The notes below the pieces were generated by a model that saw nothing but the letters and a program-made list of their open reading frames with translations, was not told the origin of the DNA and did not search any database. The translations under genes were made by a program, and so were the position numbers. 64,000 nt of DNA from a virus. The stretch is taken from positions 32,001-96,000 of IMG/VR virus record IMGVR_UViG_3300021560_000014, one strand, 5' to 3'. The first letter of the stretch is position 1. Each line of letters starts with the position of its first letter. Positions 30,574-39,622 of this stretch are shown piece by piece.

Positions 30574-30778
30574 CGTACTGCCTCTTGATGAAGATCCTGA
30601 GTGCCCGTTCCCGCAAGTGCATATTCTTGGGCAGGCCCATCTGCCACAGCTTGCGTAGCGCGTGGCGTTCGAGCTGATCGACTCCCTGCCTGCTGATTCC
30701 CCATTGGTCGGCGGCCTCCCTCATTGTGACGTTGTGGCGTTGATAGTTGCGTAGCTTGGAACCCCCTTCCCTCTTCAT
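30545..30778 (-). CDS. Sigma-70 region-4-like HTH protein
   Basis: TMREAADQWGISRQGVDQLERHALRKL. Confidence 0.7.
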   Translation of the reverse strand: MKREGGSKLRNYQRHNVTMREAADQWGISRQGVDQLERHALRKLWQMGLPKNMHLRERALRIFIKRQYDEQQTGFHT

Positions 30779-33297
30779 GCTGCCTCCTTATACAGCTTCC
30801 CATGAAGTCCATAGGCGACTTCTTCGTACTCGCGCTTAGTCGGGAACTTCTTGAACTCGACATCTCCGGCCCAGCTGATGCCGAGTTTGGGTGTGGCTGG
30901 CACACTCAGTGGCTCGCCCTCGTACTCCCGCACCCTTTCCAGCGACTCGCAGATGAATTTGCACAGCTCATAGCTGTCCGGCCTGACGCTGAGCAGCAGG
31001 CTGTCGTGGACCTGGGCGTTCAGGTGGGCGTCCACCCGGTTGCGTTTGATGTAGTGATAGGCCGGGATGAGCCCGTACTGATTGAGCAGCCCGGCGTTCT
31101 CGCTCTGCGGGCCAAATGCGTACGCACGCCGGTAGAGGTCGTCGCCCAGCTTGTCCCACTTGAAATTGATGGTGCGCCCCCAGGAGTTGGTTAGGGTGCG
31201 AGTCTCGCGGACCTTGGCCGCCACCCGATCCTGCCAGGTGCGGATGGCCGGGAAGCGGCCCACGTAGGTGTCGAGCATGGCCTGACATTCGACCGGGTCG
31301 CGGATGATGCCGTCGAGCAGCAGCAGCTCGGACAGCTTGATGCCGGTCATCCCATAGGACGTACCGTGAACCGTGCGCTTGGCCAGATAGCGCTGGCTCT
31401 TGCTGACCTTGTCGTCATCGACACTGAAGATGATACCGCCGTTGTAGTTGTGGATGTCGAACTCCCACGGCTTGGAGCGGCCCAGCTCCATCAACCCCTC
31501 GTCGTGGGTGAACATGGTCATGATGCGCCATTCCACCTGGGAGAGGTCGATCTCCAGGAAAATGTAGCCGGGGTCGGGCATGAAGATGTGGCGAATCTCA
31601 CGGTCCTGGTTCTGCAGATTACCGCCCGTCCGCATCGGGCTCTTGGAGCTGGTCAGCCGTCCGGTCTCAGTCGAGTAGCCAAACTGCGTACGCATTTTGG
31701 AATCGTCGTCGAGCCGGGTCTCGGGCAGGAATAAGGAGAGCTGGTAGGTGCGGCGGTGGTCAAGAATTAGATTTAATGCCTTGACCCCCTGCTGGCCCTT
31801 GGCGATGTCCTCTATCGTGCGCAGCCGGGTGCTCTCGCGCATCAGCGGGCGGTCGAGCCCGTCGGAGTGCAGCTGGAATTGCTGCTGCTTGATGCGGTTG
31901 GTCAGCCGGATCAGCAGCCTGCGCAACGCGACCTCCTTGGTCGTGGGCTCGCCGGTCGCCCGGTTGATCATCTTGGGCAGGCCCAGGGTGGTATATAAGT
32001 ATTTCTTAATCTTGGCCGTGCTGAGCGTCTTCTTGGCGTGCAGCGCGAAGCCCGCCATCTCTTGCAGCTCTTCCTGGATGTCGAGGTAATGGATCATCAG
32101 GTCGGCTAATTTGCGGCGGCGCTTCTTGTCGTCCATCATCACGCCGTTGAGCATCATGTCGAGCAGCGGCTGAAAGGTGGCTGTGTAGTGGTCGAAGTAG
32201 AACTGCTCCTGGCCACGCTCGCGGACGCGCGCACGGTAGAGCTTCAGCAGATCCTGGGTGACTGCCGCGTCAGTGGCGTTGTACTGCCAGAATGTGTCCC
32301 AGTTGCGGATGACGCCCTTGCCCTTCAGCTCGGCGTGAACGTCGTCCTTATGGTACTGATGCCTCAAATCAATCGACGCCATGTAGCCGAGGCTGTGCTC
32401 ATCGGTCGAGTCCAGGCAGTGATGCAGGCAGAGGGTGTCCCAGACCCAGCGCTGCGTGTTCACGCCGTACATGCGCAGCCAGAAATTGTCGAACAGGCCG
32501 TTCTGAAAACCTTTCGCGCCGGGCAGCTCCTCCAGCAGGTACTTGACGATCCCGAGCGCCCATTGCCGGTCGTGCGAGTTCGGCCAATACTCCTTGTCGT
32601 CCACCGGGATGCTGATGGCTTCATCCTCGCGCCAGCTGAAGCCAACGCAGACCATCTTGTCCTTGGGCGTCTCGATGTCGCAGACCAGGGTGAAGTCCTC
32701 ATCCATGGAGTGATCGAGGCATTCCCGGACCCAGTCCTTGATGACGGCCTTGCTCGGATGGATGATGTAGCGGCGCTCGGGAATGTTGAGGTCATGAAAC
32801 TTGCTATCGCTGGCGATGCGTTGCCAGTCGATTCTTATCCGCCGTTCAATCGACGGCTGGCGGAAGACCGCTGCCGGATGAATGGTCGGGATGACTTTCA
32901 GCTGGCGGTTCTTGCGGTCGATGTACTTGTAAATGCTTCCCCGGCGCTTGGTAATGCGGTCGAGCCCGAGTAAGGCATTGAGTGCCCAGTTGCCCTGAGG
33001 CACGACGACTACGGGGTTTCTCAGGTCCGCGATCCGCTGATGTAGATCCTCGGTCCAGTACGCGATCTCATCCTTGGGGATGCGTTTTAAATTATTGTCA
33101 GGTGGCCGGTAAGGCCGGAGGTTGTCGATTCTTATCTGTGGACGCAGTAGTCCAGCGCCGCGTAGGAAGCTGTCGAGCAGCTCACCAGCTGGCCCGACGA
33201 AGGGCTGCTTCAGCTCATCTTCCCTGCTGCCTGGGGCCTCGCCCAAAGCCACAATGCTGGCGTCGAGCGGCCCTACTCCCGGAACGTAGTTTGACAT
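30775..33297 (-). CDS. polA: Family A DNA polymerase with N-terminal uracil-DNA-glycosylase-like domain
   Basis: GEAPG..E...PFVGPAG and TIHPA (UDG family 4-like); CDIET 3'-5' exonuclease; TGRLTSS, DLSQVE, AKRTVHGTSYG, QVHDS polymerase motifs. Confidence 0.95.
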   Translation of the reverse strand: MSNYVPGVGPLDASIVALGEAPGSREDELKQPFVGPAGELLDSFLRGAGLLRPQIRIDNLRPYRPPDNNLKRIPKDEIAYWTEDLHQRIADLRNPVVVVPQGNWALNALLGLDRITKRRGSIYKYIDRKNRQLKVIPTIHPAAVFRQPSIERRIRIDWQRIASDSKFHDLNIPERRYIIHPSKAVIKDWVRECLDHSMDEDFTLVCDIETPKDKMVCVGFSWREDEAISIPVDDKEYWPNSHDRQWALGIVKYLLEELPGAKGFQNGLFDNFWLRMYGVNTQRWVWDTLCLHHCLDSTDEHSLGYMASIDLRHQYHKDDVHAELKGKGVIRNWDTFWQYNATDAAVTQDLLKLYRARVRERGQEQFYFDHYTATFQPLLDMMLNGVMMDDKKRRRKLADLMIHYLDIQEELQEMAGFALHAKKTLSTAKIKKYLYTTLGLPKMINRATGEPTTKEVALRRLLIRLTNRIKQQQFQLHSDGLDRPLMRESTRLRTIEDIAKGQQGVKALNLILDHRRTYQLSLFLPETRLDDDSKMRTQFGYSTETGRLTSSKSPMRTGGNLQNQDREIRHIFMPDPGYIFLEIDLSQVEWRIMTMFTHDEGLMELGRSKPWEFDIHNYNGGIIFSVDDDKVSKSQRYLAKRTVHGTSYGMTGIKLSELLLLDGIIRDPVECQAMLDTYVGRFPAIRTWQDRVAAKVRETRTLTNSWGRTINFKWDKLGDDLYRRAYAFGPQSENAGLLNQYGLIPAYHYIKRNRVDAHLNAQVHDSLLLSVRPDSYELCKFICESLERVREYEGEPLSVPATPKLGISWAGDVEFKKFPTKREYEEVAYGLHGKLYKEAA

Positions 33298-33315
33298 CGG
33301 CCAACCCCCTGCCCT

Positions 33316-33339
33316 TGCGGCCCCGTTTCCTGCCCACCA
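33316..33339 (-). repeat. Dispersed motif copy 8
   Basis: Intergenic, before polA. Confidence 0.95.
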
Positions 33340-33347
33340 CGAGAAGA

Positions 33348-33587
33348 TCAGTCCGGAATTTTTGTACGCTCGGGATTTTCGCCTTGCCAGGCAAGGAACT
33401 TTTCAAGCGCGCTACACGCTCCGGTAATCTTGGCCTGGTTCACTTGCAATCGGGTGGCCTCCGCGATCCAGGCCGACAGTGCCTTGACCGCGATCAGGTC
33501 GGCGGCCTTCAGCACGAAGATTGGCATGTCGTCAGTGGCTTTGTTCAGGCAGCTGTTCGGATCGGACACTTCATCTTTCTTGAGCAT
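33348..33587 (-). CDS. Hypothetical phage protein
   Basis: SCLNKA.DD.PIFVL.A.D motif; RBS supplied by the dispersed motif. Confidence 0.6.
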   Translation of the reverse strand: MLKKDEVSDPNSCLNKATDDMPIFVLKAADLIAVKALSAWIAEATRLQVNQAKITGACSALEKFLAWQGENPERTKIPD

Positions 33588-33600
33588 GACCCACCTTTGT

Positions 33601-33624
33601 TGCGGTGCCGTTTCCTGCCCACAC
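33601..33624 (-). repeat. Dispersed motif copy 9
   Basis: Before the ATG at 33587. Confidence 0.95.
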
Positions 33625-33771
33625 CGGGCATGTCCGCGCGAGGAGAGCAGCTTCCGCTGCCCGCCAGCAGCACTTCACCGCTCCACTCTCCTCGCGCACC
33701 CCACAACCCCTCACCTTCGTCAGCCTCCACTACCCCCACACCTCTTCAACCCCACCACCCCCACACGTTTG

Positions 33772-34629
33772 TCAGGCAGCGCCGCCATCGCCGACGGAGT
33801 CGCCGCCCGCCGTCTCAATCCCGCACACGTTCATGTGCGCGCGAAGATCATTGGGTCCACTGATCGGGAAGTCCTTCTGGCAGAGGGGGCACTTCTTCAC
33901 CTCGACCTTGAGGGCCGCCTTCGGTTTGGTCTCAGCTGGCACGTCGCCCTCATCGACCTGTGCTGCGGCCTGCCGGGGCCGCTGGGCGGTGCTGGTCTTG
34001 GGAGCCGTCTGAGCGGGCTGGGCCTGCCGTGCTGCGTTTGCTGGCGGCCTTGCACTTGCAGCTGGTGCGGCTCCGTTGGACGTGGCCACGTCGTCGCCGC
34101 TGTCATGGAAGGCCAGACCAGGGCTGCTCTTGAGCTGGGTAATGCGCCCGCCCTTGTCGCTGTCGTCGAGCCCCGGCTCGCGTTCGCCGAGGGGCATGTA
34201 GCGCGACACCTGATTGCGGTCGTTGCCGGTCTCACGGTCCTTGCCGAGCGTCATCTTGAGCATGACCTGCTGGCCCTCGGCGGTCCTGCACATGGTGTCG
34301 AGCTTCTCGTCCAGCGGGATGTCGAGCGCCTTGAACAGCCCCTTCAGCTTCTGAAAGCCAAACGACCGCCGCCGCAGCTCCTGGTCCTGGGCGTTGGGAT
34401 CTTCCTCGCTGCCCAGGGAAAAGTAATCGAAGATGTAAAAATTGACGTACTCCTGGGGCTCCTGCACGATGAACGTGCCCTTGTACATGAGCGTGTGTTT
34501 TTGCTTCGAGTAACTCGCTTCGAGCGCGTCAATGGCCACCTGATAGTAACCGCTGGGAACTATTCCGCTATCCGGGATGTCATCCCAGTTCACCAGTAAC
34601 CCTGACTGTGCTCTTTGTTGTTCTGGCAT
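33772..34629 (-). CDS. DUF669-like single-stranded DNA-binding protein
   Basis: VPSGYYQVAI...SK...M, RNQV..Y, long disordered tail; follows the AAA_24 gene. Confidence 0.7.
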   Translation of the reverse strand: MPEQQRAQSGLLVNWDDIPDSGIVPSGYYQVAIDALEASYSKQKHTLMYKGTFIVQEPQEYVNFYIFDYFSLGSEEDPNAQDQELRRRSFGFQKLKGLFKALDIPLDEKLDTMCRTAEGQQVMLKMTLGKDRETGNDRNQVSRYMPLGEREPGLDDSDKGGRITQLKSSPGLAFHDSGDDVATSNGAAPAASARPPANAARQAQPAQTAPKTSTAQRPRQAAAQVDEGDVPAETKPKAALKVEVKKCPLCQKDFPISGPNDLRAHMNVCGIETAGGDSVGDGGAA

Positions 34630-34642
34630 ACCTCACCTCTTC

Positions 34643-35446
34643 TCATTTTCCATTGCCGTTTTTGCTCCAAAGTGCCTGATAGTACGCGGGGCAGGGGTCG
34701 GGCGGGATCGGACGCAGACGGCTGGCAGCCATCCACATGGCGTCACCCTGCGTCTGAAGCCAATACTCCCGGTTGCCGTGGCTATCCCGCGAAACGTAGC
34801 CGTGGTAAATCTCCGAGTATGCGTCCGCCAGTCCCTTGCGCATGCGGCCCGGCGCTTTGATGGTCCGCACCATGCTGCCGCTGAACTCGTCCTTCTGCTC
34901 GTCGATATGCGCCAGCACCACCACGTTGTGGCTGCGCAGGTTGGCCATGCGCGTGGCGATGTAGCGCTCGATCATCGAGGTGGTCTCACCAATCCACTGC
35001 CGGGGGTCCTTAGCGCCAGGATTGCGTAGGAACTGCTCGTAGTAGGTGAACGTCCGGGTCAACCCGGAGATGTGGTCGATCACGAACGTCCGCCACTGGT
35101 TGTAATGGTGATGCAGCCCAGCCAGCCGTGTCTTGAAGCGTGCGGAGCCGATGGGCCGCTCGGGGTCCTCGTCCAGGTAGTGCTCGATCTGAATGATCAG
35201 CTGGCCCTGCTTGTTGAATACCTGCTGGCCAGTGAGGCCCTTGATGCCGGTCACTTCGCTGAGGTCGAGAATCTCACTGACATCGCCGCCATAGTCGAGG
35301 CCCCGGTCGAAATAGGGCTGCTCCTTGCCAGCCGTGTCCAGGAACATCACGCACATGGGCTTGGGGAAGGTCGCGGCGAAGGTGCTCTTCCCGGCCCCTG
35401 GGTCGGCGTAATCGAGCAGACGGATGGTGGGATGTTCTTCTGCCAT
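34643..35446 (-). CDS. AAA_24 (Sak4-like) ATPase/recombinase
   Basis: YADPGAGKSTFAATFPKP, FVIDHIS, NVVVLAH. Confidence 0.85.
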   Translation of the reverse strand: MAEEHPTIRLLDYADPGAGKSTFAATFPKPMCVMFLDTAGKEQPYFDRGLDYGGDVSEILDLSEVTGIKGLTGQQVFNKQGQLIIQIEHYLDEDPERPIGSARFKTRLAGLHHHYNQWRTFVIDHISGLTRTFTYYEQFLRNPGAKDPRQWIGETTSMIERYIATRMANLRSHNVVVLAHIDEQKDEFSGSMVRTIKAPGRMRKGLADAYSEIYHGYVSRDSHGNREYWLQTQGDAMWMAASRLRPIPPDPCPAYYQALWSKNGNGK

Positions 35447-35451
35447 GATGA

Positions 35452-35709
35452 TTAACGAGCCCGGTAAAGCCGGGAAGGTTGTTCGAGCGGGTGAAGGTCC
35501 GGCTCTTTCCTGCGGGTCGGCCTGATGAGCGCGCTCATGCCGAGCAGCAGCGCGAAGACGAGCCACGCGTCGAGCGCACATACGGTGGCATGGATGACTG
35601 CCTGCAACGGGACCGCTGCCAGCTGAAAGCTGTAGCAGGTAAGCAGGGCGGCGGTGGCCAGGGTCAGGCCGAACGCGATACAGCCGGTGGCGAAAGTTAT
35701 GATGGTCAT
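35452..35709 (-). CDS. Small membrane protein
   Basis: Two hydrophobic segments; start overlaps the nuclease stop. Confidence 0.45.
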   Translation of the reverse strand: MTIITFATGCIAFGLTLATAALLTCYSFQLAAVPLQAVIHATVCALDAWLVFALLLGMSALIRPTRRKEPDLHPLEQPSRLYRAR

Positions 35710-36701
35710 GCAGCGGCCTCTATCATTTCCAGCTGGTCGGGCTGCCACTCGCTCTGGTCGATCAGGTAGTTCTCCAGCGCCTCGGTAGGACGGCCTTTGA
35801 CACAGAAGTCCTCGAATGGGCAGAACTGGCAGTGCCCGGTAAAGATGCCCTCCTGAGGCAGGGCGTGAATATGCTCGGGGTCCTTGACGAATTGCAGAAT
35901 CTGCCCGAACTTGCGCGCGTGGTTGATGGCCGTCCGCCGCCACGAATTTAACTGGTATTGCGAGCGGTCCAGCTCAATCATGCGGAAGCCCGCATGCAGC
36001 GGATAGCACTCATCCTTGTTTCGATATTCCTTGTGCTCCCGGCAGCGGGCCTCGGGCTCCCGGCTGGGCTCGGGAAATTCAATCGCATTGATGATGACGG
36101 TCGCAACGGTCTTGTCCAGCTGTGTGGCAGCTGCATAGTAGTAGCCCGACATCTGGCTATTGCTTCTGAACTTCCTCTGCCACCAGTAAGTAATCGAGCG
36201 CGTGAACTTGTGATCGACCACGTGCCATGCGCCGACCTTGGTGTCCTCCGGCACGAGGTCCATGCGGCCAATCAGAACGATGTCGCCGTCAGGCGTGAGC
36301 GGTACGGAGAAGGGGACTTCGACGAAGTCCTCGCTGATCACGTCGAACGGAATGGCCTCGAACGGATGCTCATCGTACCATCGGCTCAGCACCCGGCTGG
36401 TGTTGTGATAGCTCAGCCGCTCTTCGCCGATGTTGATGTTGTCGTCGGCCCAGTCCTTGTAGTTCTCGCGGAAGGCGTGCATGGCCATCGCCTTGCTGCG
36501 GGTGCGGAAGTACGCTTCGAGCGAAGCGTGGCCACCGACTCCGGCCATTGCAGGCGCGGCCTCGCGCTGAATTCCCAGTTTGAGGGCGTAGCGCAGTCCT
36601 ACCAGGGTCGAGCATTGCGCAGCGTGCAGCGCACCATCGGAGACGAGCAAAACCCCATCGTCCCGGAATCCAGATCGCTCTGGACCAGTTCTATAAAACA
36701 C
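35706..36701 (-). CDS. PD-(D/E)XK exonuclease (Cas4/RecB-like)
   Basis: VEVPF...GRMDLV...VVDHKF...QMSGY, C-terminal HCQFCPFEDFC. Confidence 0.85.
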   Translation of the reverse strand: MFYRTGPERSGFRDDGVLLVSDGALHAAQCSTLVGLRYALKLGIQREAAPAMAGVGGHASLEAYFRTRSKAMAMHAFRENYKDWADDNINIGEERLSYHNTSRVLSRWYDEHPFEAIPFDVISEDFVEVPFSVPLTPDGDIVLIGRMDLVPEDTKVGAWHVVDHKFTRSITYWWQRKFRSNSQMSGYYYAAATQLDKTVATVIINAIEFPEPSREPEARCREHKEYRNKDECYPLHAGFRMIELDRSQYQLNSWRRTAINHARKFGQILQFVKDPEHIHALPQEGIFTGHCQFCPFEDFCVKGRPTEALENYLIDQSEWQPDQLEMIEAAA

Positions 36702-36864
36702 ACCGATACCTCGACCGCGCGGGCGGTCAATTAACGGTCGCTATGTTTTAGAAGGGTACAAACAGGCATTCAGGCATTACTCCCCTTCCACTTCCACCAC
36801 ACGAGCACCGGAAACCGCAACTCTTGTCCCCGAGACGCTGCTCCCGAATTCCGGCGCAAGGGGG

Positions 36865-36894
36865 ATTATTGTTCCCCAAGATACCGAATGTCAA
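36865..36894 (-). promoter_or_regulatory. Sigma70-like promoter TTGACA-N18-AATAAT
   Basis: Upstream of the nuclease/replication operon. Confidence 0.5.
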
Positions 36895-36935
36895 GTAAAT
36901 CGACGCGTGCGATTGAACGCCGCGAATCCCCTGGA

Positions 36936-37169
36936 TCATTTGCTTGTGGATAACCCGGCGTTGCTCTGAGCGAACATCCAGGCGTCGATTGACTTCTTGT
37001 CAGATCGCCAGTCAGCGCCAATTTTCCACGCTGGCAGAGCGCGTTTCTTGATCAGGCGATAGACTGTGCTGCGATGGATGCGCAGGTAGTAGGCGATATC
37101 CTCCACCGTGAGGATTTGCGGAAGGCTCTGGAACCCGGTTTTTTCAGCCGCCATTTTTCCCTCCCACAT
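36936..37169 (-). CDS. Excisionase-like HTH_17 protein
   Basis: ILTVEDIAYYLRIHRSTVYRLIKKRALPAWKIGADWR. Confidence 0.9.
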   Translation of the reverse strand: MWEGKMAAEKTGFQSLPQILTVEDIAYYLRIHRSTVYRLIKKRALPAWKIGADWRSDKKSIDAWMFAQSNAGLSTSK

Positions 37170-37186
37170 TGAGCAAAGGAAAACGC

Positions 37187-37543
37187 TCAGGTTGACAAAC
37201 TGTTTAGCTCCTTCACGAGCGTGGCCACGCGCGGGTCAGTTGCAATCAGCTGGCAAATCCGCTTGTAGCTGTACTCGGCCATGTCGGTGCTGCGGCGCAT
37301 CGCGCCGCCGATGGCACGGAAGGTGTGGCCCTCCAGGCGGAGCAGGTATGCTGCGATCTGGCGGGCGAACGCCTGCCGTGGGTGGTAGCGGCACTGGATA
37401 CGTGAGCGGAAGGCGATGGGGTCGAAATCAAAGCGGCGGGCGACGGCCCGCAGGATGGGGTGGTTGCGGAGATACTGACGGCAGTGGGAGCAGCGGACAG
37501 GTTTGCGGCCAGCACCCCGGCGAGGGCGGCCAACATCGACCAT
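37187..37543 (-). CDS. DnaA C-terminal-like HTH protein
   Basis: ARQIAAYLLR...TFRAIGGAMRRS....YSYKRI. Confidence 0.7.
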   Translation of the reverse strand: MVDVGRPRRGAGRKPVRCSHCRQYLRNHPILRAVARRFDFDPIAFRSRIQCRYHPRQAFARQIAAYLLRLEGHTFRAIGGAMRRSTDMAEYSYKRICQLIATDPRVATLVKELNSLST

Positions 37544-37891
37544 CTAACCGGGATTCTTCAGAATTTCGTCGATGTCGAGCGCCTCGCCTGGAGGGGCGAC
37601 TGGGCCGAGGGCAGCCTTCTTTTCAAAGGTCACGGCTGCGGCGCTGCCTACGATTGCGGGGGCCGTGGCCGAACGCTCCTCGAAGATTTTAAGGATTTCG
37701 GGCGTTGGTTCCTTAATATCGTAAAGCGTGGACACACCGTCCACATTGAGCTTCAGCGCAGTGGCACCGCTATGGACTGGCACGGCTGAGACCAGCTCAG
37801 TGCCCTGGCGTTTCACCAGGATCGGGCTGCCAGTATGCCAATCGGTGAACTGAAGAACCTTTTCGTTCATCTTAGTGCTCCCGTTCGTCAT
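37544..37891 (-). CDS. Hypothetical protein
   Basis: Co-directional ORF abutting the next gene. Confidence 0.5.
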   Translation of the reverse strand: MTNGSTKMNEKVLQFTDWHTGSPILVKRQGTELVSAVPVHSGATALKLNVDGVSTLYDIKEPTPEILKIFEERSATAPAIVGSAAAVTFEKKAALGPVAPPGEALDIDEILKNPG

Positions 37892-37904
37892 TATGGCCTA
37901 TTAG

Positions 37905-37928
37905 GTGTGGGCAGGAAACGGGGCCGCA
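37905..37928 (+). repeat. Dispersed motif copy 10
   Basis: Intergenic. Confidence 0.95.
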
Positions 37929-38258
37929 AGTAAGGGGGTGCTACCTTGCCTTGCCGATGTTGACCCAGAGCGCGCCGCCGTCGCGGATCATGTCGCCGAC
38001 GTGACAGCCGTCCGCATTGGGGTGCTTCCCACAGTCAGGAAAGGGGTTGATCGAGCCGGTCTGGGCTGAAGGGTCAGGGTGTGGAGTCGAAGGGGGCTGC
38101 TGGGGGCAGCTGGTCAGGGACAGCGCGATGGCCGTGCTGATGAGAATTATCCCTGACCCCGGCCACGGTTTCAACACCAAAGTGAAATTTTCCCCCAGGC
38201 TAGCCGCCGTTTTATAGATTCGTATTCCATAAGTTCTCGTAGGAAAGCGAAAATGAGG

Positions 38259-38378
38259 TCGGGAGGGAGTGATTTGAACACTCGCGGCGGGAGCTGGCGA
38301 GGACGCGCGCATCCTCCAGGGGCTCCCGCCGACCGGAGTTCGGGTCCGGCGCATTCATCCAGGCTCTGCCACCTCCCG
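38259..38378 (-). tRNA. Atypical class II tRNA-like gene, anticodon CGA (Ser), 49-nt variable arm
   Basis: Minus strand: acceptor CGGGAGG/CCTCCCG, TG, D arm GCAG-AGCCTGGATGA-ATGC, anticodon arm CCGGA-CCCGAAC-TCCGG, T arm GAGTG-TTCAAAT-CACTC; C33, A73, no encoded CCA. Confidence 0.75.
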
Positions 38379-38774
38379 AGTGATTACGGCTCCGGAATAC
38401 TGGCAGCCAGGATCGCTGCTACGATCATGATGGCGTTGTGCTTCCCCTCGGTAATGTCGTCGCCAATGTATCCTTCTGCTACTAGGGCCTCCATGACGGC
38501 ATCGAACCTCTCAACCTTCGCTTTGGCTTGGCTTTTGAGCACTATGGTGTCATGATCCATGGTGATTACTTTCTTCCGCATTCGAGGGCCAATTTCGCGA
38601 CCAGCTTCCCCATCCAGCGCGGCTGATTTTCCTCGATCCACACCTCGGCGGCCTTGCGGTCGTCAAACCTATGCTGGCTCGAAACAGAGAACCAGACCGG
38701 GCCGTCCTTGATAGCGGCGCACCAGGGCGAGGCGGTGGCGCGCACGGTGGCGTCAATCGGGTTGGGCTGCTTTT

Positions 38775-39584
38775 TCATGCCTCGGCCTCCTCGGCGGTCT
38801 CATAGCTGTCCACCGGGTATTCGATCACATCAATGCCCTCGCCGAGCAGCAGCTTGATTTCCTCGCGGCGGGCCGGGTCGGCTTTTCCGAACGTGCGGAC
38901 CAGGGCGGTAATCTCGCCGTCCTTGGTGGTCAGGTAGTCCGGGTTGACCTTGCTGATGTCGCGCAACTCCCACTTCCAGCGGATCTGCTGAATCCGGCCA
39001 TTGAGCTGAATCGGCTGGGCCTTGATTTCCTGCACGTCCGACGGAGCGGCCAGCAGCCGGGCGGCCTCGGCCTCTTTGCCCTGAATGATCAGATCCGCTG
39101 CCGCCTTGCGCCGCTCGCGCTCCTCTGCAATGCGGGCGGCCTTGGTGGCATTGACGGCGGCCTTGCGCGCGATTTCCTTGAGCTTGTCCTCGCACTGCTC
39201 GTTTTTGTCCCGCAGCATGGCGATGGCGTCGGCCAGCGGGCCGGTTTTGTCATCCCTGGCCTTCCGGATCTTGGCCAGGGTGTCGCGGGCCGATTTCAGC
39301 TGGGGCTCATAGTCCTCTTCAATCTTGCCGACCAGCGCCTTCAACACGCCGATGAGGTCGGTGGCCTGCTGCATGGTGGCGCGGTCAACCACCTCCAGGT
39401 CATATGCCTGCCTAACTGGCGTGCGGGCTTCCTTGGGGACCAGCGCGAGCGGCAGCTGGTTGTCCAGCACCTTCTTCTCGCTGGCGCTCAAGGGTTTGGC
39501 TTTGGCAGGGGAAGGGCGAACAGTTGCGCCTTTGCCTGTGCCAACTCCTTTTTTGGTTTGTTCTACCCTTCCCTGCTTTTTCAT
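38775..39584 (-). CDS. Coiled-coil phage protein
   Basis: Long helical region then WKWELRDISKVNPDYL...GEGIDV. Confidence 0.6.
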   Translation of the reverse strand: MKKQGRVEQTKKGVGTGKGATVRPSPAKAKPLSASEKKVLDNQLPLALVPKEARTPVRQAYDLEVVDRATMQQATDLIGVLKALVGKIEEDYEPQLKSARDTLAKIRKARDDKTGPLADAIAMLRDKNEQCEDKLKEIARKAAVNATKAARIAEERERRKAAADLIIQGKEAEAARLLAAPSDVQEIKAQPIQLNGRIQQIRWKWELRDISKVNPDYLTTKDGEITALVRTFGKADPARREEIKLLLGEGIDVIEYPVDSYETAEEAEA

Positions 39585-39622
39585 CTTCCTATCCTTTTGA
39601 GAGTTATGCTGCATTTTTAACG

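Noticed and set aside
35706-36701. Cas4-like nuclease as the spacer-acquisition enzyme
   Set aside because: It sits in the common nuclease-AAA_24-SSB recombination module; nothing in the sequence links it to the arrays
36936-37169. Integration module implied by the excisionase-like gene and the tRNA-like gene (att site)
   Set aside because: No integrase or duplicated tRNA 3' end seen; phage genes continue on both sides
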